Below, in pieces: positions 11,929 through 22,292 of a DNA stretch of 64,000 nt. Positions within the stretch are counted from its first letter, which is position 1. Each line of letters starts with the position of its first letter. The notes under the pieces are model-generated. The model was given only the letters and a program-made list of their open reading frames with translations, did no database searches and had not been told where the DNA came from. The DNA comes from Phoronis australis. Taxonomy: Eukaryota > Animalia > Phoronida. Position numbers and translations under genes: made by a program. The stretch covers positions 248,001 to 312,000 of the forward strand of contig NMRA01000063.1 of NCBI GenBank assembly GCA_002633005.1. The letters are read 5' to 3'.

Positions 11929-13000
11929 AAGATAAAATGACGCAGTAATGCCACCACAGAGTATAAGCTGACAACACACACAGTGAGACACGGCGGGTGT
12001 GAAATACTGCAAAGAATGACTAATGAATTGGGGTAACAGGAAAGTCACGCAAACAAGTGTAACGTGCCGCGCGACCCTGTTTGCTGCTCATTCAAAATAG
12101 GCTTCTCAAAAGCAATTAAAAGGGACTCTAATACTTTCAAACGCAGCACATCTTGCTCCACGTAGCGAATTGACGTGTTTTCCACAATTTCTTGACGGGT
12201 GATTTTACGTGCGTGGTATTGCAGAAAATGATCTTGAATGGCGCCATTTTGAAGATGCATGGATAACCGACGGGAAAGACTGCAAACCGTTTGACCAATA
12301 TTAAGCGATTTATGTCCAGAATTAGCTATGAAGTCCCTGCATGTCGGACTGGTGTCACCAAAAAGATATTTTACAAAAATGTCATGTCCAATAATTACCT
12401 CCAGGACAAACACGCCATTAAGAAAATCATAAGGGACAACGTTAAAGTTTGTAAGCCTGATGATTACCTTGATGTTATTATTTATTATCGGAATAGGAAG
12501 TCCTCAAACTTGGTCATGAAAAATAACATTTCTAAAGCGAAAGTCCGCCCCGTTGCACAGTGTAGTGTTGTTTATGAATTTGTATGCCCTATGAACGAAT
12601 GTCTTCGTTCAAACGTCAAACAATGTTACATTGGTCAAACGGTTTGCAGTCTTTCCCGTCGGTTATCCATGCATCTTCAAAATGGCGCCATTCAAGATCA
12701 TTTTCTGCAATACCACGCACGTAAAATCACCCGTCAAGAAATTGTGGAAAACACGTCAATTCGCTACGTGGAGCAAGATGTGCTGCGTTTGAAAGTATTA
12801 GAGTCCCTTTTAATTGCTTTTGAGAAGCCTATTTTGAATGAGCAGCAAACAGGGTCGCGCCGCACGTTACACTTGTTTGCGTGACTTTCCTGTTACCCCA
12901 ATTCATTAGTCATTCTTTGCAATATTTCACACCTGCCGTGTCTCACTGTGTGTGTCGTCAGCTTATACTCTGTGGTGGCATTACTGCGTCATTTTATCTT

Positions 13001-13038
13001 CACTTGAGAATGAAACAAGTATGTTTCGAAATATCGTG
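13001..13038 (+). ncRNA. Third copy of the PLE minimal hammerhead motif (in the inverted copy, sense to the host pre-mRNA)
   Basis: CACTTGAGAATGAAACAAGTATGTTTCGAAATATCGTG on the + strand. Confidence 0.7.
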
Positions 13039-13240
13039 TGTCTTTTAATTATGTCGCTAGGTCAGTTTCTGTATCTATGTTCAGTAGAGAGTAGAGTTTT
13101 GTTCAGAAAGTATGAACGCAACGGAATAAAGACCGTGAACAATGAAAAGTGTCGTGCATTCAACAAATTCTGTATAACAGAAAACTTGCTCCCGAAGTAC
13201 AGTCATTGTATTCTGAAGATTTCGTAATAAACATTAAAAA

Positions 13241-13523
13241 AATAACTAGTAGAGCGTCCACACACACGTCCTATGATAAGTCGAGCGTCCACACCCACAC
13301 ACACACACAAATCCTATAACTAAGTGGAGCGTCCATGCCCACACACACACAAATCCTATAACTAAATGTAGCGTCCATGCCCATGCACACATCCTATAAC
13401 TAGTGGAGCGTCCACACACACACACACACAAATCCTATAACTAAATGGAGCGTCCATGCCCACGCACACATCCTATAACTAGTGGAGCGTCCACACACAC
13501 ACACCCCCATCCAATACTAGTGG
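13241..13523. repeat. CA-rich minisatellite, ~35-45-bp units, about 7 copies
   Basis: Repeated ATCCTATAACTAGTGGAGCGTCCA(C/T)..CACAC. Confidence 0.85.
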
Positions 13524-15216
13524 TCCTAAACTGAAGAATGTTTTCCATAATAAAGATATGGCGACCACTAAACTTGAGTATACTCCAGACGTATTGAGAC
13601 TCAGAAAATGTTCTCGAGTTGGCACGGAAGTTGCTTGAAACTTAGCGCCATCTGGAATTCAATCAATGTAGTTGAAGTTTTCCAGAAAGGAGGTGTGAAA
13701 AAGGTCATTGTTGTCTATGCATTTTTGAATAAAGAAGTGCGAGTTTTTCAAATAAATATTAACTTTGAAAACCATTCCTCATACTGATTGCAATTTTACT
13801 AAGTATACTTAGCTGTGTTTATAAGTTATCAAACTGTGAATTTAAGGTTTTATATGTACTTTATATTAAGCCCTTTTTCAGTTGTGTGCTATGTAGTAGT
13901 CTTGGAATTTTCAAATGATTGTCCCAAGTGTGCACAAGATTTTACTTGGGAATTATTGCAGGTTATGTTTCCTTCACTACTATTTAGAAAACTCAGAGTG
14001 CACAAAAGTTTATCAAGTACTTATGGTTGAGTATGTTTTTGGTGGTCTCTGAAACATGTGAAATTACTCAGTCTGTGTAGTTTTTCCATTGTCAAGTAAT
14101 TTCACTCACTGAGTCAAGTTTGGTGGTTGGGGGCCTCAAAATTAATTGTTCTTCGAGTTTTCTTGAAAATATTGAGCCATCACATTTTAACAGGAAGACC
14201 TATGATAATGACATTGTTAAGGTTATGCAAAACGTCTGGAAAACTGCAGATTTAACTCTCTAAAAGTATATATTTTCTGAAGGTGGAAAGACTGTAGAAT
14301 TTTGATTTTTGACTTTTTACCAATCTTTTATTAATTGGGTCACATGACCATGTCTTTTCAGCAACATTTACCAAAAAATAAAGGTATATTGATAGCAAAA
14401 ACAGTATCAATAACATGATCAAATTTTATTTCAAAGATATGTTCAAGGTGAAATGATCAGAAACATTGTTACAGTTTTCCAAAATATGATTTTGTTTTCG
14501 TTTTATGCAACTTTAAGTATTTTTAATCAAAATCATAATAAAAGTCCTATTTTTTAATAGCCTCTCGTGCAAAAGTGGAATGTTTTAAAAAGAATTCATG
14601 ACAGCATTTTTGAAAACAGTACACAAAAAGTAGCACCATATCTAAAACTTTCATGTGAATCCACTAGTCGGCCATTACTGAGATATGCAGCAGCCAAGTT
14701 GGGGGTCTTTTTCATTTTTTAAAGGCTAGTAACGTTGCTGCGATTGTCTACAATTTCTCAGAATCACTCTCTGATAGTAGCTATGTTGTTGGTCTTCATT
14801 TATTTGATGTCATTATCTTTTTTTAGTTGAAAACTGTTGTTTCCTAAATTAGTCAAATTTTATTGTAGTTGGATTTTTTTAGACCTTAGCCTTTATTTTT
14901 CTTCTTAGTTCACACAGATAAGAGGATAATTTATTATGGGGCACTGAAGCTGACAAAAAAATTCTGAAGTTTAAATGCTATTACGTCATTATCAAGTTGT
15001 CAAGCAGTAGTCTGAACCATTGCAGCTGAAACAGTCACACTAGTCCAGTTTCATATATCTTAGAATAATTCTTCACCAATATGGTGGAAAATATTGTTTT
15101 GTCAATTTTGCTTGTAGTCTTTGAAACAAGTAGCACAAAAATAGTTGTGACTATTTGTTTTAAGTTTGTTTTAAATGAAGGTTTTAACCCCTTAGTTTTG
15201 CTTCAGTGTTCATAAG

Positions 15217-15528
15217 TTGGATAAATATCAGACTTGTGAGATTAAAATTGGATAAATATCTGACTTGTGAGATTAAAGTTGGATAAATATCAGACTTGTG
15301 AGATTAAAATTGGATAAATATCAGACTTGTGAGATTAAAATTGGATACATATCAGACTTGTGAGATTAAAATTGGATAAATATCAGACTAGTTAGATTAA
15401 AATTGGATAAATATCAGGCTTGTGAGATTAAAATAGGATAAGTATCAGGCTTGTGAGATTAAAATTAGATACATATCAGACTTGTGAGATTAAAATTAGA
15501 TAAATATCAGGCTTGTGAGATTAAAATT
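15217..15528. repeat. 31-bp minisatellite, about 10 copies
   Basis: TTGGATAAATATCAGACTTGTGAGATTAAAA repeated head to tail. Confidence 0.95.
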
Positions 15529-18500
15529 AAGTTGTAACCCTGACTGTAATATCGCAGGTAGCAGATATTGTGAACATACTTAAAGGAGAGTGCCACCCGA
15601 TTTAATTAATCTTTTTAACCTTCTTAATCGGTCTATATCCACATCGCCTTACATAAGGTCGACCTTACCTTGCCGAGAGGTGTCGCGTTAACTTGTGAGG
15701 AAGGTGAGAAACGATGCAGCGACATCAGTGGTTCATCTGCAGAGTGAATGCCGCTAGGATGCGGTGAATCATTCCCGCTTGTCCGAACTATGAAGTTGCG
15801 AGGAAAGCGGTTATATCATTTTATAGGCTTCCTTGAGAGCCTGAATTGCTTAGGAAGCGGCTCGCGGTAGTGAAGAATGAAAAGTAAGCTGTTAATAGCA
15901 AGTATGAGGCCGCAAAACATCTCTGTGTCTATGGCTGGCATTTCGTCGACAGTGATTTCTCTGTTGAATGCCGGCTTACCAAAGAGCTATCCATACGTTC
16001 TGTTGCCTGTGCATATTCAGGGCGCCTCTCTAGTATTTCTTGATCAGTGTATTCCGGTTCGATCTGTTAGCCTGTGAAATCGAACGATCCACCCGTGAAG
16101 TCTTCGTCGGATGAGCACTCGTCCAAGTCCGGGGATTGCGATTTGCCATGTTGACGTTTATTATTCTGCGTTCTGTTTCAAAATGAATTATTCTCACCCT
16201 AACCAATGCTTATATAAAACTGAAACAAAATCTGTCTACTTAGAAACAATTTGTAATGTCTTTGGAGTATTCGTGAGTGCAAATGTTTTGCGAAGCCAGC
16301 ATTGAATAAACCACTGCGTTACTGGCTTTAGATGCAATAAAGGTAATTGACCGGGCACCGAAGCCTTATGAGCGCATGCTAATTCAGTGTTTGCTGACAG
16401 AAAGCTGTTGTGAAACAGTATCTCGATTTTTAGATGCTATGGTCACATGTTAGGGGTTCGAATCTTTATTTAGATATACAAATACATTATTCAAATCATT
16501 GTTACTGTACAACTTTTGCACTGACGGTTTTGTGGCCCCGCGGAACTGGAGGAACCTGACTTCGCAGCACCTGACAAGTATGTAGATTTTCAGTTTCATG
16601 TCTAATTCACCAAAATAATTATGTGAACATTATTTCTTTGACTCACTATTATAGTCTTTTCGTGACTGGAGGTTTTGTTTCGAACTTAAGCTGATTTATG
16701 TTCGTGATGTCCAGTTCCGGCGGCCGCGATGGGCTTGATCGGGTTCCGAGCCACTGTGTGGGATAAGCATTTTGTTTGTTTAGAACCAAAAAAATCACAA
16801 GACTAAAAGTACAACACACAGCTATGTGTCTGTATTTCACGGAAGAATGATTCGAATTTATCACCAAACAGACCCAAACTTCCGAGAGCGACGATGGTAA
16901 ATTGGCTTAGTGAACTCTGTAGGCAACGGTACGTTCAAATACCTATAAATCTGTAACAGTGAAATAAAACAACACATTTGTTCAAGAACTCAATGTATTT
17001 GTAAGGGTTTTACATCTAGTTACTTGGCGAAATTTCGCCAAGTATGTTGGTCTTCCATCAATTTTTTTTTGTGATTGTTCGCTCTCTACAGGTCGCATTT
17101 TTCGTCCAATTTTTACAAAATTTGCACACAACATGTATATTCGGAAGTACTGGAACGCTATTGTTTTTGGTCTTGATCGAATACAAAATGGCGGACGTGG
17201 CGGCCATTTTGTATCCGATTTCACATTCAAATGCTTGTAGAGGCTGCATTTTTCGACGTACAGGGCTGAAACGTGGTACGATTATTGAAGAACACATGTG
17301 CTACAACTGTGCCGAAAGTCGTTGACTTCCGGTCAAAGATGGTGGAAATATTGGAAGTGGCGCATGCGCACCCCGATATCTGGCCAAAAACATTTTGCAT
17401 TTGCAAACCAATCAGTTTGAAACTGGTCACGTGTTTGTTGCTATTAATAAGCTTTTATGAAATTTTGTTTAACCGGAAGTCAGTTTCAAGATGGCGGCTG
17501 TGGCGCATGTTCACACGTTTTCAATCGTTCTGCGGTCGCGTTTTTACGGGAAGAGCAAAGGACGTGAATTTTTGCATGTGGATTCCTTGAAGTATTCTCT
17601 TTCAAAAAGTCTGGGACAGCGTATTTCTCAGACATACCGTTTTCGAGTTATTTGACTTTGAATTTCAAAAAAAAACTGCAAAATTTCAATTTTTTCCAAA
17701 AAGTTGTGGAATGTTGCGAAACGTTCAAGTAAGATGAATGGGCTTTCAGAAGATATTTGCCATTTTTCGCTACGACGTCTACTTTTTGAATTATTCGAGA
17801 TTTTCTGTTCGTTTGGTCTCTGTTGCATTGCCAATGCAAGCACTCGCAGCTGGCCGGCTCTCTTGTTTTGGTTATGCCTGTAAAAGTTGACCTTGAATGA
17901 CCCAGCTAGCATCGTCCGACTGTAGACTGGTTTGTTGACCCCGAATGACCCACCTTGCACTGTTCCTTGGATTGTTCTTGCTGCTCTGATGTAGGTTTAG
18001 CTTTGTTGAGCTGTGTCCGTTATGTTGCACCATCTATTGTTCTTTTATTTTGATTAAATGTTCTCTTGTCTTGCCATGTATATTAACCGATCAGAAATCT
18101 GTACAGTTCGATAGAGTTATAAACGGGCTTTCATAAGATGTTTTTCATTTCTCGCTAGTCTTCATGATCGTCGTCGTCATCCTCCCCATCGTCCTGTTTT
18201 CACGTAATTTCGCCAAGTGTCACTCCTCCGAGCGCTCTCGTACTGTTACCAGTGTACCTGGTGTGTGAACAAGACTGCAGGCTATTTCTTACTGATTTGT
18301 CACAATCTCCGCCTTCAGCATCATGATCGTCATCGTCATCCTCCCTATCGTCCTGTTTTCGCGTAATTTCGCCAAGTGTCACTCCTCCTAGCGCTATCGT
18401 TTTTTTTGTTTGTTCGCATGATACAGGTCGCAATTTTCGTCCGATCATCACGAAATTTACACATAACACGTATTTCCGGAAGTACTGGAAGCCTGTTGTT

Positions 18501-19437
18501 TTTCGTCATAATCGGATCCAAGATGGCGAAATTCAAAGGCTTCTTGAGGCTTCAATTTTACGTACAGAGTTGAAAATTGGCACATTTAATGGACCGGATG
18601 TGTACTACCTCTATACCGGAAATTGTTCACTTCCGTTTAAAGATGGCGGAAATATTGGCACTCGCGCATGCACACCTCGAATTCGGGAAAAAACGTTTTC
18701 TCCTGTAGAGGGCGCATTATAGGGCCAATTCCTTCGAATTTTTCAGATATTAGTTTTTTATGACATACTATTATATAAAGCCTAAAAATTGGAAGTTGCT
18801 TTCAAGATGGCGGATCTGGCACATGTTGATCCATTTTCAGTTGTTCTGAGGTGCCATTTAAACGGGAGGAGGAAATGACGTGAATTTTTGCATTTGGATT
18901 GTCTGAGGTATATTCTTTCAAAAGAACTGTAACAATTTTTTCTCAGACTTGCCGTTTTCAAGTTATTTGACTTTGAATTTCTTTAAAAAAACGCAAAATT
19001 TCATTTTTTTCGAAAAATTTACGGAAGTGCGTGATAATATCAATTTAAATAGAGTTTTGAACGGGCTTTCGGATGTCTTTCATTTTTCGTTAGGACGTCT
19101 ACTTTTTGAATTATTCGAGATTTTCTGATAACGCTGTTCCTTTGTTGAGCGCTCCTGCTGCATTGATGTTGGTTCAGCGCCAGTAAAATGAGAGTAAATG
19201 TGTGAACTCAAAATACTTGTGTTTATTTATCGCAAATGGCGAAACCGGAAGGGCTAACAAAAATAGTCAAACGAATAACTCGCGTAAAATAATAAACCGG
19301 AAACCAATAGTGGCGTAATGTCTCTTTAAGTCCTTTGAAGTAACACTTATCAGTCCTAAGAAAAAATTAGCACAATACATGTAATACACTTGAACTAGGA
19401 TCGGTACCATCAAAGTCCAGGGAGGATACCATAACAC

Positions 19438-19971
19438 TTAATCAACCACAAAATCCTGAAGGTAGGTTGGAGGACGTTTGGTCCTGGAAGAGCGTCGCAA
19501 AGGAACGTCTCCCGTCACGTCAAGTGTACCGCTGCTAGTATGACCCGCATCATTGGTAGGAACAACATCATTCGAGGTGTGGGAAGGTTGACTCAGGTTT
19601 ACTCCAGGAAGAACATCAGACACACTAGAAGGTGGTATCTGAGGTGCCGGCTGGGTTGCTAATGGGAGCATTAATCGAGGGACATGATCTTCTTCATCAT
19701 CGGTGAGGTCGTGGGTAACTGGACCGTAAAGTGAAGGTGTCTCTGAAGGGACCTTGTAACATTCGGTGTCCTTTACGCGATAGGATGTAGATCGCAACTG
19801 ATTCCCAATGAACTTCTGGACATTCAACCAGGTGTCATCCCGGCTGACCACGAGATAGCGAGGACGAGATCGTGTTTTGTCTCGGTCAGAATAGAGGTAC
19901 ACCAAGTCTCCCACATTTGCACGGCATGAAGGAGGGGCCTTTCGTAAAGGGGCTTTCGATTTCACGCTAGA
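19438..19971 (-). CDS. Pol/integrase C-terminus of the LTR element
   Basis: VGDLVYL...RPRYLVV (GPY/F-like module) and terminal RRSSRTKRPPTYLQDF motif typical of LTR integrase tails. Confidence 0.75.
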   Translation of the reverse strand, partial: SSVKSKAPLRKAPPSCRANVGDLVYLYSDRDKTRSRPRYLVVSRDDTWLNVQKFIGNQLRSTSYRVKDTECYKVPSETPSLYGPVTHDLTDDEEDHVPRLMLPLATQPAPQIPPSSVSDVLPGVNLSQPSHTSNDVVPTNDAGHTSSGTLDVTGDVPLRRSSRTKRPPTYLQDFVVD

Positions 19972-20516
19972 NNNNNNNNNNNNNNNNNNNNNNNNNNNNN
20001 NNNNNNNNNNNNNNNNNNNNNNNNNNNNNNNNNNNNNNNNNNNNNNNNNNNNNNNNNNNNNNNNNNNNNNNNNNNNNNNNNNNNNNNNNNNNNNNNNNNN
20101 NNNNNNNNNNNNNNNNNNNNNNNNNNNNNNNNNNNNNNNNNNNNNNNNNNNNNNNNNNNNNNNNNNNNNNNNNNNNNNNNNNNNNNNNNNNNNNNNNNNN
20201 NNNNNNNNNNNNNNNNNNNNNNNNNNNNNNNNNNNNNNNNNNNNNNNNNNNNNNNNNNNNNNNNNNNNNNNNNNNNNNNNNNNNNNNNNNNNNNNNNNNN
20301 NNNNNNNNNNNNNNNNNNNNNNNNNNNNNNNNNNNNNNNNNNNNNNNNNNNNNNNNNNNNNNNNNNNNNNNNNNNNNNNNNNNNNNNNNNNNNNNNNNNN
20401 NNNNNNNNNNNNNNNNNNNNNNNNNNNNNNNNNNNNNNNNNNNNNNNNNNNNNNNNNNNNNNNNNNNNNNNNNNNNNNNNNNNNNNNNNNNNNNNNNNNN
20501 NNNNNNNNNNNNNNNN

Positions 20517-20675
20517 TAGAGGAACCTTTGCCTTGTCCCAAGTAAAATCGCCTTGCAAAAAGTCAGCAAAGTTAGCGTCCAGCGATAAAACATAGGTTAT
20601 ATTATGTCTCCAATTGTCGAAGGAGTTTATAGTTTCGGATTTCGTCAGACACCACTGCTTGGGTGCCTTAGCCAT
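20517..20675 (-). CDS. Gag N-terminus of the LTR element ([33 protein letters not shown]...), continues into the gap
   Basis: ATG shortly after the PBS; open frame running into the N run. Confidence 0.7.
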
Positions 20676-21453
20676 GGTTCGTTAAGAACACGTTGCCGCC
20701 ACGCCAGTAAAATGAGAGTAAATGTGTGAACTCAAAATACTTGTGTTTATTTATCGCAAATGGCGAAACCGGAAGGGCTAACAAAAATAGTCAAACGAAT
20801 AACTCGCGTAAAATAATAAACCGGAAACCAATAGTGGCGCAGCTTCTATTGAACTAGACTGTAGCCTATTTCTTATTGATTTATGACATCTAAGTTCGTC
20901 ATACGTATGAATGTTATGATGTTGTTCATCATCGCCACCACAATCATCATCTTCGTCATCTTCATCATCATCTTTGACTGTCGTCTTTTCTTCAGTTAAT
21001 TTCGCCAAGTATCGCTCAAGACTGTAGCCTATTTCTTTTTTCTGACCTCTACGTTCGTCATATAAATGATATCATAACTTGCATTGTCTATTATCGCCAC
21101 CTTTGTCGTCATAGCTGTCATCTTCGTCATCATCTCTGTCGTCGTCTTTTCTGGTCATCTCTAACGTGGTTTTTTGTTTAATTTCGCCAAGTTTTGCTCC
21201 TTGTTTTGAACGGCTGAACAGACTGCGTTCGAACCGATTACGTCATTGGTTAATTTCAACACCTCCGTCTGCCATCAGATGTCAGATAAAACAACTGAAC
21301 TTGCTGTTATCGAGTGGGGCTACTCGATCTACATTGATACAAAATTGATTGTTTTTTGGGTGGCATTCTCCTGTAAAGCTTAATAAAGTTCTTACAAATT
21401 AGTTTCCATGAAAAGTTCTTTACAATTTTTTAACACACTGCGCCTTTTTATAG

Positions 21454-21570
21454 GTGGACTCTGGAGGTGAGTGCACTGCCACCTATAGGATAAGTGACAC
21501 AACCATCACAAAGACAAAGACAGGTTGCACAAATCTGGATGTCACTGGACAGTTCCTTAATGTAAATCAT
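21454..21570 (+). CDS. MTTP: MTTP-like exon: VDSGGECTATYRISDTTITKTKTGCTNLDVTGQFLNVNH
   Basis: Acceptor CCTTTTTATAG, donor GTGAGT, 117 bp, phase 0/0. Matches VDISGNCKVTY..C of MTP. Confidence 0.9.
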
Positions 21571-21881
21571 GTGAGTATAGTGGGATGAATAAATAGTCCC
21601 CATAGTTAACTGGCAGCTAGTGTGTAGGTTTGCTTTGCCTCTTGGCTGGGCTGAATGTTGAACGTGTGACGTACAACTAATGACCCTTGTGAGCATTAAA
21701 GGGAATTTTGCTTGACCCAATTTCACATTTTTATGTGCAGGACCAGTGGAATTGAGAGCCACAGGCCGCAATTCTTTCATTCGTGAACATAATCTGACGT
21801 TCCTTTTGCATGAATCATATCCCACTGCACTAGGAAATCTCAGAGGATTGAACTGTAGATGGTGTTGAAGGTTGTCCACCG

Positions 21882-22292
21882 ATAGGGGTGTCCCAGATTA
21901 TACAGCAACACTCGAATCTCGCTGTATTTACCCTCAATGCCGTAAACATTCGTCAGGTAGATTCGCTGCCTCATTGTTGTGCCACTGGAATTTCACATGT
22001 TATTTGTTGTTGTCTGATTCTTTACAAGTTTTTGTTGGTTGCATTACTCTATTCGTCTTTCCAATGCCAACAAAGTATTTTAACTGTTGTGCTGTGGTCT
22101 CAGTGCTACTCCAATGTGAGAAAGTTTGATAAACTGGACGAATACTCGTGGATGCGTAATCTGAAATTCTTCACCTTCCCGACATCATTGAGAGACACGA
22201 AAATGTGCCTGATTTCCAAAACGAGTCATGCACTTTCTTATCTCTGGGACAAAGGAGAGTTCTATTGTCGTGTAATTTGGAACGGCCCTATT
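21882..22292. mobile_element. MITE, inverted relative of 6212-6758
   Basis: TIRs ATAGGGGTGTCCCAGATTATAC / GTGTAATTTGGAACGGCCCTATT, plus shared internal sequence. Confidence 0.65.

Larger units (their letters stand above)
9153..13202 (-). mobile_element. Penelope-like element (PLE): partial tandem (pseudo-LTRs) plus an inverted 5'-truncated copy
   Basis: Direct repeats 9148-9700 and 11747-12299; inverted copy 12298-13202; 13-bp TSD TCATTGTATTCTG at 9140-9152 and 13203-13215. Confidence 0.95.
6968..13240 (+). mobile_element. 5'-truncated CR1/L2-group LINE, with a Penelope element inserted in its 3' UTR
   Basis: 10-bp TSD AATAACTAGT at 6958-6967 and 13241-13250. 3' end AATAAACATTAAAAAAA. The 3' UTR is split at 9152/13203. 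Confidence 0.85.
19178..20839 (-). mobile_element. LTR retrotransposon with 138-bp identical LTRs (CGCCA..TGGCG) and 3-bp TSD; Troyka-like
   Basis: LTRs 19178-19315 and 20702-20839 are identical; CAG flanks both sides; PBS-like TGGCGGCAACG follows the 5' LTR. Internal part lost in the N gap. Confidence 0.8.
17019..21205 (+). mobile_element. Helentron-associated (HINE/DINE-1-like) non-autonomous element(s), tandem or nested
   Basis: Perfect 24-bp palindrome TACTTGGCGAAATTTCGCCAAGTA at 17021-17044. ATTTCGCCAAGT recurs at ~18207, 18366, 20998 and 21181. Duplicated core 17060-17810 vs 18400-19128; ends CTTGTTT; absent from Kolobok copy 2. Confidence 0.55.
15584..21372. mobile_element. Non-autonomous Kolobok-type DNA transposon (copy 1) carrying nested insertions
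   Basis: TTAA|AGGAGAGTGCCACCC ... GGGTGGCATTCTCCT|GTAA. Internal sequence is colinear with copy 2 at 25892-31064. Confidence 0.8.

Noticed and set aside
12045-13227. Stand-alone GIY-YIG nuclease ORFs
   Set aside because: They are duplicated ends of the Penelope ORF within the tandem and inverted repeats.
19972-20516. Miniature (TRIM-like) size of the LTR element and the long X-filled ORFs
   Set aside because: The interior is an N gap of uncertain true length; the ORFs spanning it are artefacts.
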